DNA from: Candidatus Buchananbacteria bacterium CG10_big_fil_rev_8_21_14_0_10_33_19
GTDB lineage: Bacteria; Patescibacteriota; Patescibacteriia; 2-01-FULL-39-33
Assembly (NCBI GenBank): GCA_002773855.1
Contig: PEZY01000012.1
Location: 4,255-68,254, forward strand
Direction: 5' to 3'
DNA: 64,000 nt
How positions within the stretch are numbered: position 1 is the stretch's first letter; the number at the start of each line of letters is the position of its first letter. Positions 23,885-34,844 of this stretch are shown one piece after another. A program made the position numbers and the translations under genes. The notes under the pieces are model-generated. The model was not told the DNA's origin. It saw only the letters and a program-made list of their open reading frames with translations, and searched no databases.

Positions 23885-24469
23885 ATGTATAAAAAAATAA
23901 AAGAATTAACTAATATATCATCTGGGTATACTTTTCGCGGATCTATCAAAAATGATTCAAAAGGAAATATTTTTGTAATCCAGGCAAAAAATATTTATGC
24001 TAATAAAGATATTATAAATATTGATGGCTTTTCGACAATATTAGATGATTCTATAAGAAATCCATTTTTTTTAGAATATAATGATATATTACTGGTTAGT
24101 AGAGGTTCTGGCTTTAATTCTTTTCGTTCTGCTGTTTTTACATCTAATATAAAGAATGTAATGCCATCGTCTTCAGTACATGTGATTCGTGTTAAAGATG
24201 TGAATATAATTCCAAAATATCTGTCTTTATATTTAAATTCAGATATTGGACAAAAATCATTATATCAAATTGTTACTGGTGGTGCATATATTCAGAGTAT
24301 GCTCATTAAGGATTTAAATGAATTAGAAATTCCAATACCACCTATTAATACCCAAAAATCTATTATAGCAATTCACGAAAACGCAGCAAAACAAGAATTA
24401 TTGTATACAAGAAAACAAGAGATTCAAAAAAACATTATTAATTCAATATTTATTAATCTGACAAAATAA
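23885..24469 (+). CDS. hsdS: Type I R-M specificity subunit, half-size (single target-recognition domain)
   Basis: 194 aa, a single TRD followed by the conserved HsdS helical region LNELEIPIPPINTQKSIIAIHENAAKQELL (compare LP.L.EQ..I). It is half the length of the downstream hsdS. Confidence 0.65.
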   Translation: MYKKIKELTNISSGYTFRGSIKNDSKGNIFVIQAKNIYANKDIINIDGFSTILDDSIRNPFFLEYNDILLVSRGSGFNSFRSAVFTSNIKNVMPSSSVHVIRVKDVNIIPKYLSLYLNSDIGQKSLYQIVTGGAYIQSMLIKDLNELEIPIPPINTQKSIIAIHENAAKQELLYTRKQEIQKNIINSIFINLTK

Positions 24470-24473
24470 TTTT

Positions 24474-24704
24474 ATGAAGAACAAGCCATACAAGACAATT
24501 AAAGAAACACCTTCTGGTCGCAATAAGAAAAGTATTAATTTAAATAATCTTTCAAGGGAAAAGAATAAAGAACTGATTAAAAAAGTAGAGACTGTAGGCG
24601 TACCAGGTTATCACGTTGTAAAGCGTAAAGGTGAGAAAAAATTTTTACGATCTAATCTTGATCGAAGGAAAAAGAATAATCTAGATCCTAAAATTAATAA
24701 ATAA
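24474..24704 (+). CDS. hypothetical small lysine-rich protein
   Basis: 76 aa, 30% K/R, tightly packed between hsdS-half and hsdM. No motif. Confidence 0.3.
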   Translation: MKNKPYKTIKETPSGRNKKSINLNNLSREKNKELIKKVETVGVPGYHVVKRKGEKKFLRSNLDRRKKNNLDPKINK

Positions 24705-24705
24705 T

Positions 24706-26217
24706 ATGACTACAAAAAAATACACACAAGAAGATTTGAATAAAATCCTCTGGCAAGCAGCGGATTCTTCACGCACTCAAGTAGATGCAGGGATCTATAA
24801 AGACTATGTGCTTGTAATGCTTTTTTTTAAATATCTTTCTGACCTTTCAAAGAAAAAGCATAATGAGTATAAAGAGCGTTTTGGTAATGACGAAAAGCGT
24901 ATTGAAGAGAAGATGAAACTCGATCGTTTTTATCTACCGCCAAAAGTTTCTTTTGATTATATTTATAAAGTTATTGAACAAGACAATCTCGGAGAAGAAA
25001 TAGACAAAGCACTTCACGCAATCGAAGACGCAAACAAAGAAAAACTTGAGAATATGTTTTTAAATGTGTCATTTAATTCTGAAGTCTTAGGGAAAAGCCA
25101 AGAACGAAACAAGATGCTTCGGCACCTTGTGCATGATTTTGCAAAAATAGATTTGTCAGATGTAAAAGACGACATCATTGGTAATTCATATATGTATATG
25201 ATCGAACGCTTTGGAGCCGATGCGGGCAAAAAAGCGGGAGAATTCTTTACTGTCAGAAATGTTGCACATCTTGTAGCAAAATTCGCTGAACCAAAGGCAG
25301 GAAGTCGTATTTGTGATCCTTGTATGGGTTCAGGTGGACTACTCCTTCTTGCGGGTGAAGAGGTAGAAAAACTAGGCTCAAAAAATTATGCTCTGTATGG
25401 ACAAGAATCTACTGGTTCAACCTATCAATTAGCACGGATGAACATGTTCCTTCATGGAAAAGATTCTGCACGACTGGAGTGGGGCGACACACTAAACAAT
25501 CCACTCCTTGTTGAAAATGACAAGTTGATGAAATTTGACACCATTGTTGCTAATATGCCATTTTCTCTCAGCAAATGGGGTGCTGAAAATGCCGGCGGAG
25601 ATAAATATAACCGCTTTTGGAGAGGTGTTCCGCCAAAGGACAAAGGAGATTTTGCTTTCATAACTCATATGGTTGAAACACTTAAGGCAAAAACTGGACG
25701 AATGGTGGCCATTGCTCCTCACGGGGTACTCTTTAGAGGTGGTGCCGAGGGGAAGATTCGAGAACAATTACTTAAAGAAAATGTGATCGATGCAGTGATC
25801 GGACTTCCTGCAGGACTTTTCCAAACAACTGGTATTCCTGTGGCAATTCTTATTCTTGATCGAACGCGTGAAAAAGGTGGAGAAAATGAAAAAACAAAAG
25901 ATGTCTTCTTTATTGAAGCATCAAAAGAATTCAAAGCACAAAAGGCTCAGAATATTTTGACTGATGAGAATATTGAAAAAATTTATTCTACCTACAAAAA
26001 GCGCAAGGATGTAGAAAAACTTGCTCGTAAGGTTTCTATCAAAGAGATTGAAGAAAATGATTTCAATCTTAATATAACTCGGTATGTTGACACCTTTGTC
26101 GAAGAAGAACCTGTCGACATCAAGGCAAACCTTGAGGAATTGGCGAAACTTGAACCAGAACTTCAAAAACTTGAAAAACAAATGGTCGAATATTTAAAGG
26201 AATTAGGAATCAAATAA
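24706..26217 (+). CDS. hsdM: Type I R-M N6-adenine DNA methyltransferase subunit
   Basis: 503 aa. N-terminal HsdM_N-like region (LWQAADSSR...[16 protein letters not shown]), AdoMet motif [13 protein letters not shown], and motif IV VANMPFS (NPPF-like). Confidence 0.9.
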   Translation: MTTKKYTQEDLNKILWQAADSSRTQVDAGIYKDYVLVMLFFKYLSDLSKKKHNEYKERFGNDEKRIEEKMKLDRFYLPPKVSFDYIYKVIEQDNLGEEIDKALHAIEDANKEKLENMFLNVSFNSEVLGKSQERNKMLRHLVHDFAKIDLSDVKDDIIGNSYMYMIERFGADAGKKAGEFFTVRNVAHLVAKFAEPKAGSRICDPCMGSGGLLLLAGEEVEKLGSKNYALYGQESTGSTYQLARMNMFLHGKDSARLEWGDTLNNPLLVENDKLMKFDTIVANMPFSLSKWGAENAGGDKYNRFWRGVPPKDKGDFAFITHMVETLKAKTGRMVAIAPHGVLFRGGAEGKIREQLLKENVIDAVIGLPAGLFQTTGIPVAILILDRTREKGGENEKTKDVFFIEASKEFKAQKAQNILTDENIEKIYSTYKKRKDVEKLARKVSIKEIEENDFNLNITRYVDTFVEEEPVDIKANLEELAKLEPELQKLEKQMVEYLKELGIK

Positions 26218-26221
26218 ATAT

Positions 26222-27511
26222 ATGAATGAAATAATATGTCCAAATTGTAGTAAAGCATTTAAAGTTGACGAAGCAGGGTTTGCTGAGATTTTGAAGCAAG
26301 TTCGTGATCATCAGTTTGATGAAGAGTTACAAAAGAGGCTAAGTCTTGCAGACAAAGAAAAAGAAAGTGCAGTAAAATTAGCAGAAGCAAATATTAAAAA
26401 TTCTTTTCAAGAGCAACTTGCAAAAAAAGATAATGAGTTAACAGAATTAAAATCTCAAAGTGAGTTAGAGTTATCTGAAAAACTTGGCAAAAAAGAAGCT
26501 GAGATAACTCAACTAAAAGCAAAAATTGACAACATTGAAGTTGAAAAAAAACTTGCTATGAATGAAGCGGTGCAAAAGATTGAGAAAGAACGGGACATCT
26601 TATCTAATGATCTGAAAACAATAGAATTAGAAAAACAAAACCTTGAAAGTTCTTTGAAGCAACAATTTTCAACAGAACTGCAAAATAAAGATGCAATAAT
26701 AAAATATAAAGATGATGAAATTGCTCGTGTGAGAGATATGAAGTTAAAACTCTCGACTAAAATGTTAGGAGAAACACTTGAACAACATTGTGAAATTGAA
26801 TTTAACAAACTTCGTGCAACAGCATTTCAAAAAGCATATTTTGAAAAAGATAATGACTCAAAGTCTGGTAGTAAGGGAGACTTTATTTATAGAGAGAATG
26901 ACGAATTAGGAAATGAAATTATTTCAATAATGTTTGAAATGAAAAATGAGGGTGATGAAACAGCAACCAAGAAAAAGAATGAAGATTTTTTAAAGGAGCT
27001 TGACAAAGACCGTACAGAGAAAAATTGTGAGTATGCTGTTCTTGTTTCTCTCTTAGAATCAGAGAGTGAATTTTATAATTCAGGTATTGTGGATGTCTCA
27101 CATAAATACAGTAAGATGTATGTTGTTAGACCTCAATTTTTTATTCCCATAATAACCTTACTTCGAAATGCTGCAGTGAACTCTATGCAGTATAAAGCAG
27201 AACTCTCATTAGTTAGAAATCAAAATATTGATATTACTAACTTTGAAGAAAAAATGAACAAGTTTAAGGAAGGGTTTGCAAAGAATTACGATTTGGCAAG
27301 TCGTAAATTCAAGGAAGCAATAGACGGAATTGATAAAACAATAAAGGAATTAGAAAAAACCAAGCTTGCTTTGTTGTCGTCTGAAAATAATTTGCGACTT
27401 GCAAATGATAAAACAGAAGAGTTAACTATTAAGAAATTAACTCATGATAATCCCACAATGAAAGATAAATTTAAAAAACTAAGTAATTCCAATGAAAATT
27501 TAGAATTATAA
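26222..27511 (+). CDS. DUF2130-like protein (N-terminal zinc ribbon, long coiled coil, C-terminal globular domain) embedded in the R-M operon
   Basis: 429 aa. It starts [15 protein letters not shown] (C-x2-C ribbon), then an extensive heptad-rich region, then a conserved C-terminal block ([24 protein letters not shown]). This is the architecture of DUF2130 proteins commonly found in R-M and defence loci. Confidence 0.55.
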   Translation: MNEIICPNCSKAFKVDEAGFAEILKQVRDHQFDEELQKRLSLADKEKESAVKLAEANIKNSFQEQLAKKDNELTELKSQSELELSEKLGKKEAEITQLKAKIDNIEVEKKLAMNEAVQKIEKERDILSNDLKTIELEKQNLESSLKQQFSTELQNKDAIIKYKDDEIARVRDMKLKLSTKMLGETLEQHCEIEFNKLRATAFQKAYFEKDNDSKSGSKGDFIYRENDELGNEIISIMFEMKNEGDETATKKKNEDFLKELDKDRTEKNCEYAVLVSLLESESEFYNSGIVDVSHKYSKMYVVRPQFFIPIITLLRNAAVNSMQYKAELSLVRNQNIDITNFEEKMNKFKEGFAKNYDLASRKFKEAIDGIDKTIKELEKTKLALLSSENNLRLANDKTEELTIKKLTHDNPTMKDKFKKLSNSNENLEL

Positions 27512-27563
27512 AAATTCGACTGAATAGTCGCTAAACTAATTATTAATTAATAAAATATTATTT

Positions 27564-27887
27564 ATGCAAAATAAAGAAAATTTTCTAAAGGCAATTGATG
27601 AAAAGTTGAAAATAAAAATAACTTTTAACTCAATTGAAAAAGGAGAAATCACTAGAACTTGTGTTCCTTTTGATTTTGGTCCATCACAAAAAGATGATGC
27701 AATTGATAAATCAAATAAATATCATGTTCTAGATTTAGATTCGCCAGAAGGAAAACCGCATAATCTTGCTGTCGCAGAAGACAAAATGATTAATATTGAA
27801 ATTCTTCAAGAAAAATTTAATCCAGATGATTATGTAACTTGGACTCCTAACTGGATTTACCCAAGAGATTGGGGTAATAAATCATAG
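27564..27887 (+). CDS. hypothetical protein
   Basis: 107 aa ORF between DUF2130 and hsdS, with no motif. Codon usage is similar to the surrounding R-M genes. Confidence 0.35.
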   Translation: MQNKENFLKAIDEKLKIKITFNSIEKGEITRTCVPFDFGPSQKDDAIDKSNKYHVLDLDSPEGKPHNLAVAEDKMINIEILQEKFNPDDYVTWTPNWIYPRDWGNKS

Positions 27888-27952
27888 TTTTAAGTTAGTT
27901 AGATACACGTATTTAAATAGGTGTATCTATACTGTTTTAAAACAGTAATTTT

Positions 27953-29146
27953 ATGAAAACTAATCAAACACAAAAAAATATTCCTACTGAATGGCAAGAA
28001 ACAAGGCTTGTTGATATTGGCGTATTTTCAAAAGGTTCTGGGATAACGAAAGATCAACTTATAGTGACTGGTCATAACGCTATTCGATATGGTGAATTAT
28101 ATACAAAATATAATTTTAAAATTGAAAAAGTTTATTCACATATACCGACAGAAATAATACCCACAACAACTAAAATTAAATATGGAGACATCTTGCTTGC
28201 AGGGTCTGGTGAAACTAATGAAGAAATTGGAAAATCAGCAACCTATCTTTTACATGAAGACTGTTACGCTGGGGGTGATTTAATTATATTTAGTCCTAAA
28301 AATGCAAATAGTTTATTTCTATCGTATTTTTTAAACATCGGAGAAGGTAGGAAAAAATTAACTGAGTTAGGGCAAGGTCAGTCCGTTGTGCATATCTATA
28401 AAAGTGAAGTTGAGAAATTAAAACTACATTTACCATCTCTTCCTGAACAGAATAGGATTGTTTCAGTTATAGAAACTTGGGATAAATCTATTGAAAAACT
28501 TTCAAATAAAATTGAAATTAAAAAACAAATAAAAAAAGGTTTGATGCAAGATTTGTTGACCGGAAAGAAGAGGTTGCAGGGATTTAATGATAAATGGAGA
28601 TTTGTAAATCTTGGTGGTACTTGTCAGGAGATTAAAACTGGAAAGTTGGATGCAAATGCAATGGTAAAAAATGGTAAGTATAGATTTTATACTTGTGCTA
28701 AAGATTTTTATCTTATTGATGATTATGCTTTTGATACAGAGGCACTACTTGTATCTGGCAACGGTGCAAATGTTGGATATGTTCATTATTACAAAGGCAA
28801 GTTCAATGCGTACCAAAGGACATACGTATTGTATGAATTTAATGAAAATATTCTATTTATTAAATATTTATTAGATATATTTCTAAAGATTCGAATAAAA
28901 GAAGAAGTTCGTGAAGGTAATACACCTTATATAACTATGGATACGCTGACGGATATGAGTTTGAAAATACCGTCGAAGAAAGAACAGCAAAGAATTGTAA
29001 ATATATTAAGCACTGCAGACGAAGAAATAAAAAGACTTGAGAATAAATTAAAGATACTAAAAGAACAAAAACGATACCTCCTCAACAATCTCATCACTGG
29101 CACAATTCGTACACCAGAAACTTTATTAGCAAAATTAACCAAATAA
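27953..29146 (+). CDS. hsdS: Type I R-M specificity subunit, full length (two TRDs)
   Basis: 397 aa with two repeats of the conserved HsdS spacer helices: LPSLPEQNRIVSVIETWDKSIEKL and IPSKKEQQRIVNILSTADEEIKRLE. Confidence 0.85.
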   Translation: MKTNQTQKNIPTEWQETRLVDIGVFSKGSGITKDQLIVTGHNAIRYGELYTKYNFKIEKVYSHIPTEIIPTTTKIKYGDILLAGSGETNEEIGKSATYLLHEDCYAGGDLIIFSPKNANSLFLSYFLNIGEGRKKLTELGQGQSVVHIYKSEVEKLKLHLPSLPEQNRIVSVIETWDKSIEKLSNKIEIKKQIKKGLMQDLLTGKKRLQGFNDKWRFVNLGGTCQEIKTGKLDANAMVKNGKYRFYTCAKDFYLIDDYAFDTEALLVSGNGANVGYVHYYKGKFNAYQRTYVLYEFNENILFIKYLLDIFLKIRIKEEVREGNTPYITMDTLTDMSLKIPSKKEQQRIVNILSTADEEIKRLENKLKILKEQKRYLLNNLITGTIRTPETLLAKLTK

Positions 29147-29150
29147 ATAT

Positions 29151-32100
29151 ATGTCACTAGAAAAAGTAAATTTCGATGAAGCAAGGCAATCACAACTCGC
29201 ACTAGTAGAGCTTCTTTTGAATATGGGATATGAATATATATCTGCAGAAGATACGCTTAAACAGCGTGGTGACACAACAAACTTCATTCTTGCTGATATT
29301 GCATCTGAAAAACTGATGGAGATAAACAGTTATGAGGTTGGCGGTACCGAGTATAAATTTAGTGAGAAAGATGTTCGAGATGCAGTCGATGAACTGGAAC
29401 ATATCCAATACGAAGGATTAATTGATACGGCTCAGAAGATATACAACATCATCATGCCAACGAGTGGTGGTAAAACTATTAAGGTAAATCATGGAGGCAA
29501 GAAAGTATCGAAGAACTTTAAGTTTATTGATTTCCAGAACCCTAAAAATAATGCGTTCCACGTAACTGTCGAATTCCAAGCGACAGGTAAGCAAAATATT
29601 CGTCCCGATATCGTATGTTTTATAAATGGTATTCCTTTTGCGGTTATTGAGAACAAGAAGTCTAGCGTACCTGTAGCTGAAGCTTTGAATCAAATGAATC
29701 GCAATCAAGGTCCAGAATTTTGTCCGAAATTATATACCTACACTCAACTTCTTGTTGGTACAAATGGTAAGGATTTGCAGTATGGAACAACGGGTACTCC
29801 AAATAAGTTTTATGCATTATGGAAAGAAAAAGGATCTGATGTTGAAATTCTGAATAAAGAAATTAGTGATCTAATTCAAAAACCAATTAATATAGAGGTA
29901 TATGCAAAAGTATTACAAGATTTGAACGGATACACACAGAGACATACTCAAAGAACTAATCGTATTCCGACTGAACAAGATCGAGGGGTATATTCATTAT
30001 TCCGCCCAGAAAGACTTCTTGATCTTACTAAAAATTACATCCTGTTTGATGCAGGTGTAAAAAAGCTTTCACGTTATCAGCAGTATTTTGCAATACATAA
30101 AATGCTAGGGCGTGTGGAAGAAACAGAAACTACGGAACAAGGTATTACTCGCAGAAAAGGTGGGCTTGTTTGGCATACTCAAGGATCAGGAAAGTCTTTA
30201 ACCATGGTTATGTTTGTGAAGGCACTTATTGAAAATCCCAACATCTTGAATCCTAGGGTTATTATTGTTACCGACCGTCGAGACTTGGATAAACAGATAA
30301 AGGATACTTTCAAAAACTGTAATCTTAAGAAGGAAGTCATCCAAGCTACAAGTGGTCAGAACTTGATCGATTTAATTAAAGAGAAAAATCTTTCTGTTGT
30401 AACAACGCTTGTTCATAAATTTGAATCCGCCGCAAAGAAAAGTTCAGGACTGGTTGATACTGATGAAAATATATTCGTTCTTATTGATGAAGCTCACCGC
30501 AGTCAAAATGGTGTAGCGAACTTTGAAATGAACCGTATTATTCCAAATGCATGCTATATCGGGTTTACTGGTACTCCACTCATGAAAGATGAGAAAGAGA
30601 GTTGGAGAAAGTTTGGTGGCTATATTGATAAATATACGATTGACGATGCGTTAGCAGACAACATTATTCTTCCTCTGATTTATGAGGGTCGTTACGTTGA
30701 TCTTATTCAGAATGCAGAACAGATTGATCGTCATGTGGAACGTATTACAGAAGTATTAAACGACAAGCAAAAGAAAGAATTACAGAGATATGTTGGAAGT
30801 AAGATAATTAAGGATAATCCACAGCGTATTGTTGAGATTGCTTATGATATTGAAAAACACTTCACTGAGAATTTTCAGAACACTGGGTTAAAAGCACAGA
30901 TTGTTGCTCCATCTAAATATTCAGCGATTCTATTCCAGAAGTTTTTTGAGAATCGTGGAAACATCAGAACGGCGGTTATCATTTCTGATGAACACGAGGA
31001 TGGCGATGAGGTTAATCTTCATAAGAAAGAAGTGGTTTTATATCTTGATGGTGTTAGGAAAAACCACAGTAATGTTGATAAATATGAGAAAGATGTGGTT
31101 GATAGTTTTAAGCACAATGAAGATGGAATTGAAATGATTATTGTTTGCGATAAACTGCTTACTGGATTTGATGCCCCTAGGAATACTGTTTTATATTTGG
31201 CCAAAGATTTGCGCGATCATAATTTACTTCAGGCCATTGCTCGCGTAAATCGCTTATTTGAAAATAAAAAAGAAAAACCAAAAACCGCTGGATACATTGT
31301 GGACTATTCAGAAAATGCTAAAAATATAGACACAGCAATGAAGCTTTTTGGTAATTATGATGAAAATGATGTTAAGGGAACCTTGATTGATGTCTCTGAA
31401 AAAATCCAAGAGCTTGAGCAAAGTTACTCACTGGTCCATGACCTATTCAAAAAGATTAAAGGTTCAAATGATGACGAAGTATATCTGCAATTCCTAGCTG
31501 ATCAACCAAAGAGAGAAATATTCTATAAAACACTCAATTCGTTTATTAAAAACCTAAGTGAATGTTTTGTCTTACAAGATTTTGTACATGAATTCAAACA
31601 CCTTGATCTCTACAAGCGTGAGTTGAAGAAATTTGCTGAACTTCGTAAAGCGGCTAGTTTGCAATACGCTGATCGTGTAGATCTTCTGGAATATAAACAA
31701 TCACTTATTAATATTCTTGATAAGTATGTTGATGCTCGTGGTGTTGAATTGCTTACCAAACAAGTAAATATTACAGATAGGAAAATGTTTGAAGAAGCAA
31801 TAGAAAATCTCGGATCTGATAAATCAAAAGCAGAAGCTATTGCTGCACAAACACAAAAAACTATTACAGAGAAGATTAACACAGATCCTGAATTTTATGA
31901 GAAGTTTTCTAAAAAGATTTTCGAGATTCTTGAAAAGATGCGACAAGGAAAACTTGCTGACGTTGAGACCTTGAAACAAATGAAGTTAATTCATGAGGAC
32001 GTAGTTAATAAAAAGGACGATAGTCTTCCAGAGAAGATTGAGTTAGAAAAAGGATCAGATGTGTTTTATAGAAATCTACGAACACAGTTTGAGGGTCTTA

Positions 32101-32342
32101 AAATCGATGAGAAAACTTATATTTCTGTAATTCTGGATATCTTCTCAATCATAAAAAATGAAGCTATTGTTGATTGGTATAAAAATATTGATGTAAAAAG
32201 AAAGATGAGAAATAGCATAGATGATTACTTATATGATATTGTTAAAGGAGATAAAAGAATTACTATTACAAATGATGATATAAAAATTATTATTGATACA
32301 GCAATACAGTTGGCGGAAAATAATTATGATTTATTTTTATAA
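29151..32342 (+). CDS. hsdR: Type I restriction enzyme R subunit (endonuclease + SF2 helicase)
   Basis: 1063 aa. N-terminal nuclease region, helicase motif I HTQGSGKSLTM, motif II VLIDEAHRSQ (DEAH), motif III GFTGTP, and motif VI region QAIARVNR. Confidence 0.9.
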   Translation: MSLEKVNFDEARQSQLALVELLLNMGYEYISAEDTLKQRGDTTNFILADIASEKLMEINSYEVGGTEYKFSEKDVRDAVDELEHIQYEGLIDTAQKIYNIIMPTSGGKTIKVNHGGKKVSKNFKFIDFQNPKNNAFHVTVEFQATGKQNIRPDIVCFINGIPFAVIENKKSSVPVAEALNQMNRNQGPEFCPKLYTYTQLLVGTNGKDLQYGTTGTPNKFYALWKEKGSDVEILNKEISDLIQKPINIEVYAKVLQDLNGYTQRHTQRTNRIPTEQDRGVYSLFRPERLLDLTKNYILFDAGVKKLSRYQQYFAIHKMLGRVEETETTEQGITRRKGGLVWHTQGSGKSLTMVMFVKALIENPNILNPRVIIVTDRRDLDKQIKDTFKNCNLKKEVIQATSGQNLIDLIKEKNLSVVTTLVHKFESAAKKSSGLVDTDENIFVLIDEAHRSQNGVANFEMNRIIPNACYIGFTGTPLMKDEKESWRKFGGYIDKYTIDDALADNIILPLIYEGRYVDLIQNAEQIDRHVERITEVLNDKQKKELQRYVGSKIIKDNPQRIVEIAYDIEKHFTENFQNTGLKAQIVAPSKYSAILFQKFFENRGNIRTAVIISDEHEDGDEVNLHKKEVVLYLDGVRKNHSNVDKYEKDVVDSFKHNEDGIEMIIVCDKLLTGFDAPRNTVLYLAKDLRDHNLLQAIARVNRLFENKKEKPKTAGYIVDYSENAKNIDTAMKLFGNYDENDVKGTLIDVSEKIQELEQSYSLVHDLFKKIKGSNDDEVYLQFLADQPKREIFYKTLNSFIKNLSECFVLQDFVHEFKHLDLYKRELKKFAELRKAASLQYADRVDLLEYKQSLINILDKYVDARGVELLTKQVNITDRKMFEEAIENLGSDKSKAEAIAAQTQKTITEKINTDPEFYEKFSKKIFEILEKMRQGKLADVETLKQMKLIHEDVVNKKDDSLPEKIELEKGSDVFYRNLRTQFEGLKIDEKTYISVILDIFSIIKNEAIVDWYKNIDVKRKMRNSIDDYLYDIVKGDKRITITNDDIKIIIDTAIQLAENNYDLFL

Positions 32343-32345
32343 TTT

Positions 32346-33050
32346 ATGAAATTTATTTTTGGAACATTTATATATGACTATCAGAGAATAACTCAAAATC
32401 GTAAAACTTTGAGTTTAACTGTTTCCCCTGATTCCAGTATTACTCTTAAATGTCCGGATAATATTGATAATGAAAAAATACAGTTATTTTTACAAAAAAA
32501 GTGGTTTTGGCTGGAAAAGCAATTATCTTTTTTTAAGCAATATCAGCGGAAAATTTATAAAAGAGAATATATTTCTGGTGAGGGATGTTTATATCTAGGA
32601 AGACAATATAAAATTGTTATCAAAAATAGCACCGAAGATAAAGTTGTTCTTACTAGGGGTCAGCTTATTGTTAATACCAGAAGACAGGTTTCAAATAGTA
32701 GTTATAATAAGAAACTTATTGATGAGTGGTTTTTAAACAGAATAAAAGTTGTTTTTGATGACAGATTTTCAGAAATACAGTCAAAATTTGGTTATCATGA
32801 CACATCAGGATACTCTATTAGAGAAATGAGACGTCGATGGGGTAGTATTTTAAAACAGAAAAAGGTTTTATTAAATCCAAAATTAATTCATGCATCAAAA
32901 GATTGTATTGACTATGTGATAACTCATGAATTATGTCATAGAAAATATAAAAATCACGATAAAAGATTTTATAAATATCTTCAAGAAAAATATCCAAGAT
33001 GGGAAAAAGTAAAGGATAAGTTGGAGATATTAGGATCAATGATTTATTAA
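32346..33050 (+). CDS. DUF45/YgjP-family predicted zinc metallohydrolase (frequently linked to hsdR)
   Basis: 234 aa. C-terminal HELCHRKYKNHDKRFY matches the YgjP HExxH...NH motif. The gene starts 4 nt after the hsdR stop. Confidence 0.7.
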   Translation: MKFIFGTFIYDYQRITQNRKTLSLTVSPDSSITLKCPDNIDNEKIQLFLQKKWFWLEKQLSFFKQYQRKIYKREYISGEGCLYLGRQYKIVIKNSTEDKVVLTRGQLIVNTRRQVSNSSYNKKLIDEWFLNRIKVVFDDRFSEIQSKFGYHDTSGYSIREMRRRWGSILKQKKVLLNPKLIHASKDCIDYVITHELCHRKYKNHDKRFYKYLQEKYPRWEKVKDKLEILGSMIY

Positions 33051-33065
33051 TTATTTATTGTAATA

Positions 33066-33524
33066 ATGGATCTAAAAAAAATAAATGAATTTTCTGCAGC
33101 AAAGATATATATTAGATCGTTAAAATTAAATTTCTCTGATAAAGATTTTGAATTTCCACCACAATACGATAATATCGATATTGTTTATAAACCATTAAAT
33201 TTTAAATTTCAGATAACTTCTGTCGATGGAGGACCAAATAAATTACTGCGTCATGGTCAATATGAATATCAAATTAAAGTCGATAAACTAATTGAGGAAT
33301 ATGTTTTATTTCCTATAAATAAAAAATATGATGCGTATAAAGGAGGTGGAGTTGATGATATTATTTTGTTAATACATGTATTAAGAAAACCATTTAGAGA
33401 TAATTTATTTGATTTAGAAATTGATAAAAATATAGGTATAATAAAAGAATGTGCTTTAAGGAGCAAATTTAAGTCAATTTATTTAGTATTTGATTTTAAA
33501 AATGAAGTAATTCGTATTTGGTAA
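33066..33524 (+). CDS. hypothetical protein
   Basis: 152 aa, no recognisable motif. Tightly linked downstream of DUF45. Confidence 0.35.
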   Translation: MDLKKINEFSAAKIYIRSLKLNFSDKDFEFPPQYDNIDIVYKPLNFKFQITSVDGGPNKLLRHGQYEYQIKVDKLIEEYVLFPINKKYDAYKGGGVDDIILLIHVLRKPFRDNLFDLEIDKNIGIIKECALRSKFKSIYLVFDFKNEVIRIW

Positions 33525-33549
33525 AATTTTAATTATTAATCATAATCCC

Positions 33550-33903
33550 ATGCTTCAATCTCTCTTTGCCATCTCTATTATCCTCCTAATTTTGGCCCTC
33601 TTTAAAATTAAATCTTTAAAGCAGGAAATTACGGCCCTAACTGCCGAAGCTTCCAGCGAGCACAAAGAATTATCCTATTTATCGGAGTATAATAATAAGG
33701 TGCAGGAAATTAAAACGCAAAAAGAGAATCAGATTTTGGAACTTTTTACTAAAGAGGCTAAAGTGTCTAATCGGGATGTGGTAAAATTATTACAAATTTC
33801 TAGTGCCACGGCTTTTCGGTATTTGGACGATTTAGAAAAAGCGGGTAAAATCGCCCAAAACGGCAAATTTGGTAAAACGGTATTTTATAGTAAAATTAAA
33901 TAA
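33550..33903 (+). CDS. membrane-anchored protein with C-terminal winged-helix/HTH-like domain
   Basis: 117 aa. N-terminal TM (LFAISIILLILALF), a coiled segment, and a C-terminal VVKLLQISSATAFRYLDDLEKAGKI resembling an HTH recognition helix. Confidence 0.35.
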   Translation: MLQSLFAISIILLILALFKIKSLKQEITALTAEASSEHKELSYLSEYNNKVQEIKTQKENQILELFTKEAKVSNRDVVKLLQISSATAFRYLDDLEKAGKIAQNGKFGKTVFYSKIK

Positions 33904-33908
33904 ATTCT

Positions 33909-33940
33909 AACACTTCAAGCCTAGTCTGAAGTGTTCGAAA
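33909..33940 (+). repeat. palindromic repeat element copy 4 (hairpin only: AACACTTCAAGCC-TAG-TCTGAAGTGTT)
   Basis: Same hairpin with 2 mismatches, 14 nt upstream of the sppA start codon. Confidence 0.7.
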
Positions 33941-33953
33941 TTAATATCAATAT

Positions 33954-34829
33954 ATGATCACTAAAATCAAAAAAATCATGTTTATGAAAATCGACTTGGC
34001 TGGGCTTAAAAAGCTTGCCATTGGCCTAGTTGTTTTAGCCGCTTTTATTACTGTCGCCAATGAAGCCTATTACTGGTTTGGCGATAGCTCTAGTTATGAT
34101 GAGTTAAGTGAGGAGAGTTTGGCCGAAAATGATTGTAATGTTATTGGCATTGAACTGCATGGTGATTTATATACATATTTAAGTCCAGATAATAAAGATG
34201 CCGATGGCTTGCCCCTAGTAAATGAAGTGGCTTCGGAAAGTATTATGGGGATGATTAATAGCGCTGAAGAAGATGAAAACATAAAAGCCATTTTATTAGA
34301 AGTGGATTCCTATGGCGGTTTGCCTGTAGCCGGTGAAGAAGTGGCTAAGGCTATGAAGAATACCACCAAGCCAACCGTTACTATGATTCGTAGCGCTGGC
34401 ACCTCGGCCGCTTATTGGGCGGCGACTGGCGCCGATATTATTTTTGCATCTCGTAATTCTGATGTGGGCGGGATTGGCGTGACGATGTCGTATGTGGATA
34501 ATGTGACACAAAATAAAAATGACGGTCTAACTTATAATAGTTTGAGTACTGGCAAGTATAAAGACTATGGCGATCCTAATAAGCCATTAACTGTAGAAGA
34601 AAAGCAACTTTTCCAGCGTGATTTAAATATCCTGCATCAAAATTTTATAGAGGCAGTAGCGGAGAGCCGGAATTTGGATATTAAGACCGTGGCCAAATTA
34701 GCCGATGGTTCTACAATGTTAGGGGCAATGGCTTTGGAAAATGGTTTGATTGATAGAATTGGCGGTATAATCGAAGTAAATAATTATCTTAAAGAACAGA
34801 TTGGCGGAGAGCCGGAAATTTGTTGGTAA
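33954..34829 (+). CDS. sppA: signal peptide peptidase SppA (S49 family, 36K type)
   Basis: 291 aa. N-terminal TM, and the S49 core LLEVDSYGGLPVAGEEVAKAM...SAGTSAAYWAATGADIIFASRNSDVGGIGV with the catalytic Ser/Lys context. Confidence 0.75.
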   Translation: MITKIKKIMFMKIDLAGLKKLAIGLVVLAAFITVANEAYYWFGDSSSYDELSEESLAENDCNVIGIELHGDLYTYLSPDNKDADGLPLVNEVASESIMGMINSAEEDENIKAILLEVDSYGGLPVAGEEVAKAMKNTTKPTVTMIRSAGTSAAYWAATGADIIFASRNSDVGGIGVTMSYVDNVTQNKNDGLTYNSLSTGKYKDYGDPNKPLTVEEKQLFQRDLNILHQNFIEAVAESRNLDIKTVAKLADGSTMLGAMALENGLIDRIGGIIEVNNYLKEQIGGEPEICW

Positions 34830-34844
34830 TAAATAATATAAATT

